From contig CAYXKE010000004.1 in the NCBI GenBank assembly GCA_964464935.1, positions 6,984 through 70,983 of the forward strand: DNA of 64,000 nucleotides, given 5' to 3'. Shown here piece after piece: positions 20,225 through 29,215 of this stretch. A model generated the notes under the pieces. The model did no database searches and had not been told where the DNA came from. It saw nothing but the letters and a program-made list of their open reading frames with translations. The stretch comes from an uncultured Chryseobacterium sp. GTDB taxonomy: Bacteria; Bacteroidota; Bacteroidia; Flavobacteriales_F; PHOS-HE28. The translations under genes and the position numbers were made by a program. The number at the start of each line of letters is the position of its first letter. Position 1 is the stretch's first letter.

Positions 20225-20311
20225 GCGGTAGGGTTCGGGGGGTTGGCCCAAAGCGCCGAAAGATACGTGCCAAGCGGGGGCAAGGTTCCTTGCCGGGGCG
20301 GCCACCGGGGC

Positions 20312-20350
20312 GGAGAAAGCAAAAGGCCCTCCCAGCGCTGGGAGGGCCTT
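20312..20350 (-). terminator. Rho-independent terminator after tRNA-Glu
   Basis: 12-bp stem AAGGCCCTCCCA/TGGGAGGGCCTT (20323-20350) with a GCGC loop. On the minus strand it is followed by TTTTGCTTTCT. Confidence 0.65.
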
Positions 20351-20356
20351 CAGGTG

Positions 20357-20428
20357 TAGCCCGTAGGGGAATCGAACCCCTGTTTCATCCGTGAAAGGGA
20401 CGCGTCCTAACCCCTAGACGAACGGGCC
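20357..20428 (-). tRNA. tRNA-Glu (anticodon UUC)
   Basis: Cloverleaf folded by hand on the minus strand. Acceptor is GGCCCGT/ACGGGCT (G1-U72 wobble). D arm is GTCT-AGGGGTTA-GGAC. Anticodon arm is CGTCC-CTTTCAC-GGATG. T arm is AGGGG-TTCGATT-CCCCT. Discriminator is A, and no CCA is encoded. Confidence 0.9.
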
Positions 20429-20468
20429 TTTCCTTGTTCCGCTGGCCGGTCGCCCCGCCAACGGTCGG

Positions 20469-20476
20469 CAAAAGTA
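20469..20476 (-). promoter_or_regulatory. -7 box TACTTTTG upstream of tRNA-Glu
   Basis: CAAAAGTA on the plus strand is a perfect TAnnTTTG on the minus strand, about 40 nt upstream of the tRNA 5' end. Confidence 0.45.
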
Positions 20477-20507
20477 AGATGTTCTCCTCAAACCAAAAAG
20501 ATCCCGC

Positions 20508-21206
20508 TCAGGAAATCTCGTCCAGGTCCGCTTGGAACCTGAATCCCAGGCGCTTACCGGTGCTCACCTGGTGGGTGGCGTAGAGCATGCGCATCTCGCC
20601 CACCGACACCTGGCTCACTTCGTCGTAGGGCGGCACCAGCAGGTCGAAGCCGATCACATGGTCCACCACGGCGTACACCATCTCCTTCAGCACCCGGCGG
20701 TCCAGCACGGCGCCCGCCAGATTGTTGTACATGCTGCCCAAGCGGTGCTTTCCCTGGACGAAAAAGTGGCCCTCGTGGTTCAGGAAGAGCCGCGCCACCA
20801 GATAGCCCAGATCGCGTTCGCGGTTGTACAACATCGAGTCGCTCAGGAAGTTGTACATGTTCAGCATGCCGAAGTAGCCCCGTGCGGCGTCCTCCTGCAG
20901 GTAGGATGTCTGCCACAGGTGGTGCGCCCGTTCCAGGCGGAACACGTTGGTGTGCATGCTGAAGGCCACCACATCACCGGCCACGCGGAGCTCGCAGGCC
21001 GTTTCGCTGCGCCGGTCGAACGACACGTGCAGGCGCGGGTCCACGCTGCGCACGTGCGCCTGCAGTTCGGTGGCCACCTCCTCCAGCACGGATCCCAGCT
21101 CCGTGAACATCTGGATGGTGCGGGTGAAAATGTCCTGCTTCATGCAGGACTTGGTGCGCAGTGCCTCCCGCACATGCTCACGCAGTTCGTTGGTGCGGTC
21201 TTCCAT
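20508..21206 (-). CDS. Hypothetical cytoplasmic protein
   Basis: 232-aa ORF with host-like GC3 bias and no signal peptide. I recognise no family. Its stop lies 7 bp... before the proS-side neighbour: it is separated from the proS stop (21213) by 6 bp. Confidence 0.7.
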   Translation of the reverse strand: MEDRTNELREHVREALRTKSCMKQDIFTRTIQMFTELGSVLEEVATELQAHVRSVDPRLHVSFDRRSETACELRVAGDVVAFSMHTNVFRLERAHHLWQTSYLQEDAARGYFGMLNMYNFLSDSMLYNRERDLGYLVARLFLNHEGHFFVQGKHRLGSMYNNLAGAVLDRRVLKEMVYAVVDHVIGFDLLVPPYDEVSQVSVGEMRMLYATHQVSTGKRLGFRFQADLDEIS

Positions 21207-21212
21207 GGGCGG

Positions 21213-22682
21213 TCAGTATGCCCGGGCGAAGATCACCCGGCGGGCGCTGGGGCGGCCGGTGACCATGCACTTGCCGGGCGTGGTGTCGCCGTCCAGCGGG
21301 ATGCAGCGGATCGTGGCCTTGGTCTCGTTCTTCACCTGTTCCTCGGTCTCGGCCGTGCCGTCCCAGTGGGCCAGGATGAAGCCGCCCTCTTCAATGGCGG
21401 ACTTGAACTCATCGTAGGTCTCCACGCTGCGCGTACGGGCTTCACGCATGGCCAGTGCCCGGTCGAAGAGGTTCTTTTGAATGGCGTGGAGCAGGTCCTC
21501 CACGCGCTGGGCCAGGCCGGCCACTTCCACCACCTGCTTTTCCAGCGTGTCGCGGCGGGCCACCTCGGCGGTGCCGTTCTCCATGTCACGCGGGCCCACG
21601 GCGATGCGCACCGGACATCCTTTCAGCTCGTACTCGGCGAATTTCCATCCGGGCTTCTTGGTGTCGTCGTCGTCGAACTTCACCGTGATGCCCCGGGCGC
21701 GCAGCTCGTTCATCACGGGGGCGAGGTAGTTGCGGATGGCCTCCACCTGTTCGCCGTTCTTGGCGATGGGCACCACGGCCACCTGCACGGGCGCCATTTT
21801 GGGCGGCAGCACCAGGCCGTTGTCATCGCTGTGGGTCATGATCAAGGCGCCCATCAGGCGGGTGCTCACGCCCCAGCTGGTGGCCCAGACATGCTCCTGT
21901 TTGTTCTCCTTGTTGGTGAACAGCACATCGAAGGCCTTGGCGAAGTTCTGGCCCAGGAAGTGGCTGGTGCCCGCTTGCAAGGCCTTGCCGTCCTGCATGA
22001 GTGCCTCGATGCAATAGGTCTCCACCGCACCGGCGAAGCGCTCGCCGGGGGTCTTGATGCCTTTGATCACCGGGATGGCCAGCCATTCCTCGGCGAAGCG
22101 ACGGTACACCTCCAGCATGCGCTCGGTCTCCTCCACGGCCTCCTCGGCGGTGGCATGGGCGGTGTGCCCTTCCTGCCACAGGAACTCGGCGGTCCGCAGG
22201 AACAGGCGGGTACGCATCTCCCAGCGCACCACGTTGGCCCACTGGTTGATCAGCAGTGGCAGGTCGCGATAGCTCTTGATCCAGCCGCGGTAGGTGTTCC
22301 AGATGATGGTCTCACTGGTGGGGCGTACGATGAGTTCCTCCTCCAGCTTGGCCTCGGGGTCCACCACCACGCCATGCACCGGGTCGCTCTTCAGGCGGTA
22401 GTGGGTCACCACGGCGCATTCCTTGGCGAAGCCCTCGACGTGGGCCGCCTCCTTGGCCAGGTAGCTCTTCGGGATGAACAGGGGGAAGTAGGCGTTCACG
22501 TGGCCCGTTTCCTTGAACATGCCGTCGAGCGCGGCCTGCATCTTCTCCCAGATGGCATAGCCGTGCGGCTTGATCACCATGCAGCCCCGTACATCGCTGT
22601 GCTCGGCCAGGTCGGCTTTCAGCACCAGGTCGTTGTACCATTGGGCATGGTCGTCCGCGCGTTTGGTAAGGATGTCTGCCAT
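21213..22682 (-). CDS. proS: Prolyl-tRNA synthetase (archaeal/eukaryote-like type)
   Basis: [46 protein letters not shown].. with class II motifs (..[15 protein letters not shown]..). The ATG at 22682 was verified. The track's 517-aa version is an upstream extension. Confidence 0.93.
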   Translation of the reverse strand: MADILTKRADDHAQWYNDLVLKADLAEHSDVRGCMVIKPHGYAIWEKMQAALDGMFKETGHVNAYFPLFIPKSYLAKEAAHVEGFAKECAVVTHYRLKSDPVHGVVVDPEAKLEEELIVRPTSETIIWNTYRGWIKSYRDLPLLINQWANVVRWEMRTRLFLRTAEFLWQEGHTAHATAEEAVEETERMLEVYRRFAEEWLAIPVIKGIKTPGERFAGAVETYCIEALMQDGKALQAGTSHFLGQNFAKAFDVLFTNKENKQEHVWATSWGVSTRLMGALIMTHSDDNGLVLPPKMAPVQVAVVPIAKNGEQVEAIRNYLAPVMNELRARGITVKFDDDDTKKPGWKFAEYELKGCPVRIAVGPRDMENGTAEVARRDTLEKQVVEVAGLAQRVEDLLHAIQKNLFDRALAMREARTRSVETYDEFKSAIEEGGFILAHWDGTAETEEQVKNETKATIRCIPLDGDTTPGKCMVTGRPSARRVIFARAY

Positions 22683-22699
22683 GCCGGTGGAAGTGGTCT

Positions 22700-22707
22700 T
22701 ATTTTTG
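22700..22707 (+). promoter_or_regulatory. -7 box TATTTTTG for the 22778 lipoprotein gene
   Basis: Perfect TAnnTTTG on the plus strand, 70 nt upstream of the ATG at 22778. It is back-to-back with the proS box. Confidence 0.4.
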
Positions 22708-22723
22708 TTCGTACGAAGGGCGG

Positions 22724-22731
22724 CAAAAGTA
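22724..22731 (-). promoter_or_regulatory. -7 box TACTTTTG for proS
   Basis: CAAAAGTA on the plus strand is a perfect TAnnTTTG on the minus strand, 41 nt upstream of the proS ATG. Confidence 0.5.
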
Positions 22732-22777
22732 CACAACCCGCTCAGGCCCCTGGGGGGCTTGGGCACACCCGAACACC

Positions 22778-23767
22778 ATGCGCACCCCGATCCATATCCT
22801 CAGCGCCCTTGTGGCCGTCCCCATGATCATGGTTTCCTGCAGCACCATGCAGGATGCCACCGGGGAGCGGCGCCCGGTGCGGGACGACGTGTATTACATG
22901 CCTTCGGAAGCACCGCCCGCTGCGGCCCGCTCCGTTGCTCCCGCCGAGGGGACGACTGCCGATGACTACTTCGACGCCGGCCAGGCGGACGCCTACACCG
23001 GCCCCCGGGGCTACTATGATCTGGCGTACAACGACCCGTACTACTACAACTACGGCCGTTTCGGCTTCGGCATGGGCGTGGGCATGGGCATGGGTTCCAT
23101 GGGCTGGTACAACCCCATGGGCGGCGTGCAGTACGGATGGGGCATGTACCACCAGCCCTATTGGTACGACGGGTACTACGGGCCATGGGGCCGGCCGTGG
23201 TGGATGTACAACATGGGGCCGGGCTACTACACCATGTACGATCCCTACGGCATCGGGCCCTACTACGGCCCGTGGGGAAGCTGCTACGGGTGCTACCTCC
23301 CTGTGGTCATCGGCGATGTGGGAGGCAACGTGTACACGGGACATCGCCGCAGCCTGAACGCGGGCCCCAACAACGTGGGTGCGCCGGGCGGAGGCGCCCA
23401 GGGCCGTGGCCGCGATCTCGTGAGCTTGGACCAAGCGGTGCGGCAGTCCGCATTCGCGCCCAGCAGCGCGTCCGGCCGACGCGGGGTGGGGGCGGTGCGT
23501 GGCGGCCAGGATGTGGCACATCCTTTGAACAACGGCTCCCATGGACGCTTCACATCGCCTACGGGACAAGGCCAGCAAGGCCGTCAACAGGTGGAGACAC
23601 CCCGCCAGCAGCCCCGCACGGCACCGCGTCTCGGTGGCGGCGACGGTGGCAACATGGGCCGCGGTGGTTCCATCGGCTCAGGTAGTGGGGGGCGCTCGCT
23701 CGGGGGCGGCAGCACACCGTCGGGTGGAGGAGGAGGTCGTTCATCGGGCTCCGGCCGTCCGCGTTGA
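22778..23767 (+). CDS. Low-complexity Tyr/Gly/Pro/Trp/Met-rich lipoprotein with Gly/Ser/Arg tail
   Basis: Signal peptide plus lipobox ..VPMIMVSC. The core is ..[78 protein letters not shown]... The tail is ..[44 protein letters not shown]. Confidence 0.7.
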   Translation: MRTPIHILSALVAVPMIMVSCSTMQDATGERRPVRDDVYYMPSEAPPAAARSVAPAEGTTADDYFDAGQADAYTGPRGYYDLAYNDPYYYNYGRFGFGMGVGMGMGSMGWYNPMGGVQYGWGMYHQPYWYDGYYGPWGRPWWMYNMGPGYYTMYDPYGIGPYYGPWGSCYGCYLPVVIGDVGGNVYTGHRRSLNAGPNNVGAPGGGAQGRGRDLVSLDQAVRQSAFAPSSASGRRGVGAVRGGQDVAHPLNNGSHGRFTSPTGQGQQGRQQVETPRQQPRTAPRLGGGDGGNMGRGGSIGSGSGGRSLGGGSTPSGGGGGRSSGSGRPR

Positions 23768-23771
23768 TCGC

Positions 23772-25268
23772 ATGGCCCGAATGAACTGGCGCCCTCTGGC
23801 CTTTGCTTTCTTGGTATTGCCTTCCCTGGCATGGGCGCAGAACGAGGAGGATGCCCTCCGCATCAGCCAGATGCGGTCAGCCGGTACGGGGCGGAGCAGT
23901 GGTTTGGCCAATGCCTACGGCGCGTTGGGGGCCGACCCCGCGAGCATTTCCATCAACCCCGCCGGCTTCGGGCTGTACCGCACGAGCGACATCTCCTTCA
24001 CCCCGGGCATCGAGGTGAACGACGCCACGAACACTTTTTATGGCACCAAGGCCACCGACACCCAGTCGCGGTTCTTCGCCGGCAACCTCGCGATGGTGCT
24101 GCACAACCCGGCCAAGGAGGACGGAGAATGGCGGAGCAGCACCTACGGGGTGGTGTACGACCGCCAGGCCACGCACCATTGGCGCCGGAGCATCCGCGGC
24201 GAGTCCGTGCCCAGCACGTTCCTGGAGGGCCTGGCCCAGGATGCCCAAGGCATCGCGCAATGGGAGCTGTACGATGCGCTGCCTTTCTCCGCAGGCCTGG
24301 CCTGGGAGACCTGGGCCATCGACCCCGACCCGTTGAACGATACGCTCACGACCCGTTACCAAGGGGCCATCCCCTTCGGATCGCCGACGGACCAGCGCCA
24401 CACCATTGAGTCGCGCGGTGCCACCAACACCACTTCCTTCTTCTACTCCGGCAACTACCAGGACAAGCTCTACATCGGCGCGTCGGTGGGCATCACGGGG
24501 CATCGCTTCCGCCGCACCACGGTGCACCAAGAGACCACCCTCGACACCGATCTGGACCTGGAGCAGGCTACGCACCGCGAGGAACTGCACACCACGGGCA
24601 ACGGCTTCGAAGTGAAGGTGGGCATCATTGGTCGCATCACTGACCGGTTCCGTCTGGGAATGGCCTTCCACAGTCCGCAATGGATGCGGATGAACGAGGT
24701 CTACACCACCTCGATGAGCACCGTGTTCCGTACACCGGACAGCGCGGGCCGTACCACCTACAAGTCCGATTCGCCCGATGGCAACTTCAGCTACCGGCTG
24801 AACACGCCTTGGCGCGGGGTGGTGAGTGCGGCGTACATCGCCGGTCCCCATGGCCTCTTCAGCCTGGACTATGAGTATGCCGACTACCGGAAAATGGTGT
24901 TCCGGCCCAGCGACCGCCTGATCGACACGTACGACTTCGACATGGAGAACCGCACGATCCGCGACCGTATGGTGGCGACGCATACGGTGCGCGTCGGCAC
25001 GGAGTGGCGGAGCGGCAACTGGTATTTCCGGATGGGGTACGGCTTTTCACCGGACAGCTACGTGGCGCGCGATGGCCGACATGGGGACGGCTACCGGGTG
25101 TACGCGGGTGGCGTGGGCTACCGCACGGACCATGTGGGGGTGGACCTGGGCCTGAACTACACGGACCAAGGCACCCGGCACTACCTGTACCACCCGGGCC
25201 TGGTGGATGCCGCCACGGAGCGACTGCACCAGTATCGTACGCTGATCACCGTGAGCCTCCGGCCTTGA
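23772..25268 (+). CDS. FadL/PorV-like outer-membrane beta-barrel protein
   Basis: MARMNWRPLAFAFLVLPSLAWAQ is a signal peptide. ..ANAYGALGADPASISINPAGFGLY.. resembles the FadL/OMPP1-family N-terminal motif. Alternating beta-strand pattern runs to the C-terminus. It starts 5 bp after the lipoprotein stop. Confidence 0.7.
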   Translation: MARMNWRPLAFAFLVLPSLAWAQNEEDALRISQMRSAGTGRSSGLANAYGALGADPASISINPAGFGLYRTSDISFTPGIEVNDATNTFYGTKATDTQSRFFAGNLAMVLHNPAKEDGEWRSSTYGVVYDRQATHHWRRSIRGESVPSTFLEGLAQDAQGIAQWELYDALPFSAGLAWETWAIDPDPLNDTLTTRYQGAIPFGSPTDQRHTIESRGATNTTSFFYSGNYQDKLYIGASVGITGHRFRRTTVHQETTLDTDLDLEQATHREELHTTGNGFEVKVGIIGRITDRFRLGMAFHSPQWMRMNEVYTTSMSTVFRTPDSAGRTTYKSDSPDGNFSYRLNTPWRGVVSAAYIAGPHGLFSLDYEYADYRKMVFRPSDRLIDTYDFDMENRTIRDRMVATHTVRVGTEWRSGNWYFRMGYGFSPDSYVARDGRHGDGYRVYAGGVGYRTDHVGVDLGLNYTDQGTRHYLYHPGLVDAATERLHQYRTLITVSLRP

Positions 25269-25293
25269 GGTCGGCGCGGGGTGTAAAAAGACC

Positions 25294-25319
25294 GAAAGGC
25301 CTCCCGGGGGAGGCCTTTC
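25294..25319. terminator. Bidirectional hairpin terminator between convergent genes
   Basis: GAAAGGCCTCCC/GGGAGGCCTTTC is a 12-bp perfect stem. It is flanked by AAAAAG on the left and TTGTGTCTTGT on the right. Confidence 0.65.
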
Positions 25320-25343
25320 TTGTGTCTTGTGGCTCGGGAGAGA

Positions 25344-26180
25344 TCACTCGCCCAGCACGGTCTGCTGGATCACTTCGTCCACCAGGATGCGGCCGCAGTG
25401 TTCGCAAACGATGACCTTCTTGTGGCTGGCGATGTCCAGTTGACGCTGGGGCGGGATGGCGTTGAAGCAGCCACCGCAGCTGCCGCGCTCCACGGGCACC
25501 ACGGCCAGGCCGTTGCGGGCGTTGCCCCGGATGCGGTTGTAGGCGTTCAGCAGGCGCTCCTCGATCACGGCAGCGGCCTCGGCGCTCTTCTTCAGCAGGG
25601 ACTTTTCCTCCTTCTCGGTCTCGGCCACGATGTCGTCGAGCTCCTTTTTCTTCAGTTCCAGGTCCTTGGCGCGCTCCTCATAGAGAGTCTTGCACTCGGC
25701 CACCAGCTGCTTCTTGCTCTCCAGCACCACCTTGGCCTCCTTGATGCGTTTCTCGGCGAGCTGGATCTCCAGGTTCTGGAACTCGATCTCCTTGGTAAGG
25801 GAGTCGTATTCGCGGTTGTTGCGCACCTTGCTCTGTTGCGCCTCGTACTTCTTGATCTGGGCCTTGGCGTCCTTGATCAGGTTCTGCTTGTCGGTCACCT
25901 GCCCTTCCACTTGGGCGAGTTCGTCCTGCAGCTTCTGCAGACGGGTCTCCAGGCCGGCCAGTTCGTCCTCCAGGTCCTGCACTTCCAAGGGCAGTTCGCC
26001 GCGCTGGATCCGGATCTTGTCCACTTGGGAATCGATGTGCTGCAAGCGGAACAGGTCCACCAACTTCTCGGCTACCGGCGAATCGGGCTTGGCCAGGATC
26101 CGCTCGGCGGTGCCAGTGTCCGAACCGCCTTTGGAGGCCTTGGCGGCCTTCGCAGGAGCCTTCACGTCGCTCTTTGCCAT
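25344..26180 (-). CDS. Coiled-coil C4 zinc-ribbon protein (COG1579/DUF164-type)
   Basis: 278 aa. It has long heptad-like Glu/Lys/Leu-rich coiled coils and a C-terminal ..CGGCFNAIPPQ...VCEHCGRIL... It is the usual partner gene downstream of Nif3. Confidence 0.8.
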   Translation of the reverse strand: MAKSDVKAPAKAAKASKGGSDTGTAERILAKPDSPVAEKLVDLFRLQHIDSQVDKIRIQRGELPLEVQDLEDELAGLETRLQKLQDELAQVEGQVTDKQNLIKDAKAQIKKYEAQQSKVRNNREYDSLTKEIEFQNLEIQLAEKRIKEAKVVLESKKQLVAECKTLYEERAKDLELKKKELDDIVAETEKEEKSLLKKSAEAAAVIEERLLNAYNRIRGNARNGLAVVPVERGSCGGCFNAIPPQRQLDIASHKKVIVCEHCGRILVDEVIQQTVLGE

Positions 26181-26183
26181 GGG

Positions 26184-27278
26184 TCAGGAATGATGTATGG
26201 GGTCCGTGACGGTTTCCGTCAAACGGACGGCAAAGGTAGGCAAAACTTCCCCCAAGTGGCGCTGGATCAGGTGCATGGTGTACTGCTCGCTCGGGTAGTG
26301 TCCGATGTCGGCCAGTAGCAGCCGGCCATCCGCCTCGAAGAACTCGTGGTACTTCACGTCACTGGTGATGTACGCATCGGCCCCGGCAGCCTTGGCACGG
26401 CCGATGAGGAAGGCCCCCGATCCGCCGCACACGGCCACGGTATGCACGGGGCGCCCGCGCAGGGCGGTATGGCGCACCACCGGCAGGCCGAAAACCTCCT
26501 TCAGCCGGGCCAGGAAGGCCTTTTCGTCCATGGGCTGGGGCAGTTCGCCGATCATGCCCGATCCGATCCCTTGGTGTTCGTTCGCCAAGGGCACAAGGTC
26601 GTAGGCCACCTCCTCATAGGGGTGCGCCCTGAACATGGCCGCCAGCACGGCGCGCTCGCGCACCACGGGCACCAGCAGTTCGATGCGGGTCTCGGGTTCG
26701 GTGTGGCGTTCTCCGGGCTTGCCCACGTAAGGGTCGGTGCCTTGGCCACCGCGGAAGGTGCCGTGGCCCTCCAGGTTGAAGCTGCACTCGTCGTAGTGGC
26801 CCACCTGCCCCGCACCTGCGGCGAACAAGGCATTGCGTACCTCCTCGGCATGGGAGTGGGGCACGAAGACCACGAGCTTGCGCAGCTGCCGGCTCTTGGG
26901 CGCCAGGATGCGGGGGCGTTCCAAGCCCAGGCGCGCGGCCATCTCGGCGTTCACGCCCGTGTCCACGTTGTCCAGGTTGGTGTGGATGGCATAGAGCGCG
27001 ATCTGGTGACGGATGGCCGCCAGCACGGTGCGTTCCACGTAGGAGCCCCCTGACAGCCGCTTCAGCCCGCGGAAGATGACCGGGTGGTGGCTGATGATGA
27101 GCCCGCAGCCCAGCCGCGCGGCCTCTTCCACCACGGCCTCCGTGCAATCCAGGCAGACCAGCGCGCTGTCCACCTCGGCCTCGGGATCGCCCACGTGCAG
27201 GCCGCAGTTGTCGTACTCCTCTTGTAGCGCGGGCGGGGCCCATGCCTCCAATGCGGTGATGATCTCCTTGATGCGCAT
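26184..27278 (-). CDS. Nif3-like dinuclear metal-centre protein (GTP cyclohydrolase 1 type 2 homologue)
   Basis: MRIKEIITALEAWAPPALQEEYDNCGLHVGD..LIISHHPVIF..ALYAIHTNLD.. are NIF3-family motifs. The ATG at 27278 was verified. Confidence 0.88.
   Translation of the reverse strand: MRIKEIITALEAWAPPALQEEYDNCGLHVGDPEAEVDSALVCLDCTEAVVEEAARLGCGLIISHHPVIFRGLKRLSGGSYVERTVLAAIRHQIALYAIHTNLDNVDTGVNAEMAARLGLERPRILAPKSRQLRKLVVFVPHSHAEEVRNALFAAGAGQVGHYDECSFNLEGHGTFRGGQGTDPYVGKPGERHTEPETRIELLVPVVRERAVLAAMFRAHPYEEVAYDLVPLANEHQGIGSGMIGELPQPMDEKAFLARLKEVFGLPVVRHTALRGRPVHTVAVCGGSGAFLIGRAKAAGADAYITSDVKYHEFFEADGRLLLADIGHYPSEQYTMHLIQRHLGEVLPTFAVRLTETVTDPIHHS
26231..26238 (-). promoter_or_regulatory. -7 box TACCTTTG inside the Nif3 3' end, upstream of the zinc-ribbon gene
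   Basis: CAAAGGTA on the plus strand is TAnnTTTG on the minus strand, 50 nt upstream of the ATG at 26180. Confidence 0.35.
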
Positions 27279-27378
27279 GATGGTGCAAAGGTGGGCCATG
27301 GCCCGGGCGTGGGAGCGGAGTGGTTCATTTCCGCCCCCGGGACGGGTGAAGCCCGCTGCCTGTCCATCTTTACCGCCG

Positions 27379-28431
27379 ATGCAACTGCGCCGCACCCTTC
27401 TCGCTCCGGTGGCCGGGCTATACGGCGCGGTGTTGCGCGTGCGTCACGCTCTGTACGACCGGGGTTTGCTGCGGTCGGTGCGGCCTGCTGTCCCCACCAT
27501 CGCCATCGGCAACCTGGCCCTGGGCGGCACCGGCAAGACCCCGATGATGGAACTGGTGCTGCGCACACTGCAGGGGATGGCCCCCCTGGCCACCCTGAGC
27601 CGCGGCTATGGCCGCAGCACCCGTTCCATCCACGAGGTGGGGCCTGCGGATACCGCCGAGCGCAGTGGCGATGAGCCGGTGCAGGTGAAGCGGAACTTCC
27701 CCGAGGTGCGGGTGTTCGTGGGAGCCGACCGACCCAAAGCCATCGCGCGGATCGTGGAAGCGGTGCCCGGTGTGCGGGTGGTGGTGCTGGACGATGCCCT
27801 GCAGCACCGGCGGTTGCAGGCCGGGATGTACATCCTGCTCACCACCTATCAGCGTCCTTACGTGGCGGATGCGCTGTTCCCCGCCGGAGGTCTGCGCGAT
27901 GTGCGTGCCCGGGCCCGAGCTGCCCGCATGGTGGTGGTGACCAAGTGCCCCTCCGCGCCCACGCCGGCCCAGGTGCAGGCCTGGCGGGAGCGCCTGGGCC
28001 TGCTTCCGGAGCAGGAGCTCTTCTTCAGCGGGATCGCCCATGAGGAGGTGCGGATGCTGCACGGTGCGGCCCCTTCACCCGGGAACACGCAGGCCCTGCT
28101 CTTCACGGGCATCGCAGACCCCGGGCCGCTGGTGGACCATCTGCGGCAGCGCTACGCCGGGGTGGAGCACGTGGCCTTTGCGGACCACCACGCGTTCAGT
28201 GCGGCGGACCTGCAAGGGCTGGCGGAGCGGTTCCATAAATTCGCGCCCGGCCCGAAGATCCTGATCACCACCGAAAAGGACATCGCCCGGCTGCGACCCG
28301 TGATCCCGGGTGGCCCGCTCGATGGGCTGCCGCTGGGGGTGGTCGGCATGCGGGCCGTTATCCTCAACGATCCCCAACGGTTCGAAGACCTCATCCGCCA
28401 TCATGTTGGAACGCATCAAGCGCATTGCTGA
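27379..28431 (+). CDS. lpxK: Tetraacyldisaccharide 4'-kinase
   Basis: ..PTIAIGNLALGGTGKTPMMELV..ATLSRGYGR..GDEP.. is the LpxK P-loop signature. The ATG at 27379 was verified. Confidence 0.88.
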   Translation: MQLRRTLLAPVAGLYGAVLRVRHALYDRGLLRSVRPAVPTIAIGNLALGGTGKTPMMELVLRTLQGMAPLATLSRGYGRSTRSIHEVGPADTAERSGDEPVQVKRNFPEVRVFVGADRPKAIARIVEAVPGVRVVVLDDALQHRRLQAGMYILLTTYQRPYVADALFPAGGLRDVRARARAARMVVVTKCPSAPTPAQVQAWRERLGLLPEQELFFSGIAHEEVRMLHGAAPSPGNTQALLFTGIADPGPLVDHLRQRYAGVEHVAFADHHAFSAADLQGLAERFHKFAPGPKILITTEKDIARLRPVIPGGPLDGLPLGVVGMRAVILNDPQRFEDLIRHHVGTHQAHC

Positions 28432-29215
28432 CCACCTCAAGCGGGTCACCAACGGCTTCACGCCCGAGAGCGGCGTGATCCTCGGCAGTGGCCTCAGCGG
28501 GCTGGCCGACTCCATCCACATCGCCCACGCCATCGCCTACAAGGACATCCCGGAATTCCCGGTGAGCACCGTGGAAGGCCATCCGGGCAAGCTCATCTTC
28601 GGCACCCTGGGGGGGCGGCCCGTGGTGGTGATGCAGGGCCGCTTCCACTACTACGAGGGTTGGTCCATGCAGGAGGTGGTGCTGCCCGTACGGGTGATGA
28701 AGCTCCTGGGCATCCAACGTCTGCTGGTGAGCAATGCCTGCGGTGGCGTGAACCCCGCCCACGACGTGGGTGATCTGCTGATCATCACCGATCATATCAA
28801 CCTGTTCCCCAACCCGCTCATCGGACCCAACCTCGATGAACTGGGTCCCCGGTTCCCGGACATGAGCGAAGCATACGACCCCACCATGATCGAGCAGGCG
28901 AAGGCCATCGCCGAGCGCAACGGCATCACCGTGCGCGAAGGGGTGTACGTGGGCCTCACCGGCCCCACGCTGGAGACGCCCGCCGAGTACCGCTATGTGC
29001 GTGCCATCGGTGGCGACGTGGTGGGGATGAGCACCGTACCCGAAGTGATCGCCGCGCGCCACATGGGGATCCCCTGTTTCGGCATGAGCGTGATCACCGA
29101 CATGGGGGTGGACGGCCGCATCGAGAAGACCACCCACGCGATCGTGCAGAACGTGGCGAACTCGGCCTCGCCCAAGCTCACGCGCATCTTCACTGAACTC
29201 ATCGCCGCCAACTGA
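28403..29215 (+). CDS. Purine nucleoside phosphorylase (trimeric PNP-I family)
   Basis: ..GVILGSGLSGLADSI..FPVSTVEGHPGKLIFGTLGGRPVVVMQGRFHYYEG..VSNACGGVNP..TGPTLETPAEYR..GMSTVPEV.. are PNP motifs. It overlaps the lpxK 3' end by 29 nt. Confidence 0.9.
   Translation: MLERIKRIADHLKRVTNGFTPESGVILGSGLSGLADSIHIAHAIAYKDIPEFPVSTVEGHPGKLIFGTLGGRPVVVMQGRFHYYEGWSMQEVVLPVRVMKLLGIQRLLVSNACGGVNPAHDVGDLLIITDHINLFPNPLIGPNLDELGPRFPDMSEAYDPTMIEQAKAIAERNGITVREGVYVGLTGPTLETPAEYRYVRAIGGDVVGMSTVPEVIAARHMGIPCFGMSVITDMGVDGRIEKTTHAIVQNVANSASPKLTRIFTELIAAN

Noticed and set aside
20532-22826. 764-aa plus-strand ORF opposite the hypothetical gene and proS
   Set aside because: It is an antisense shadow. proS on the minus strand is unambiguous.
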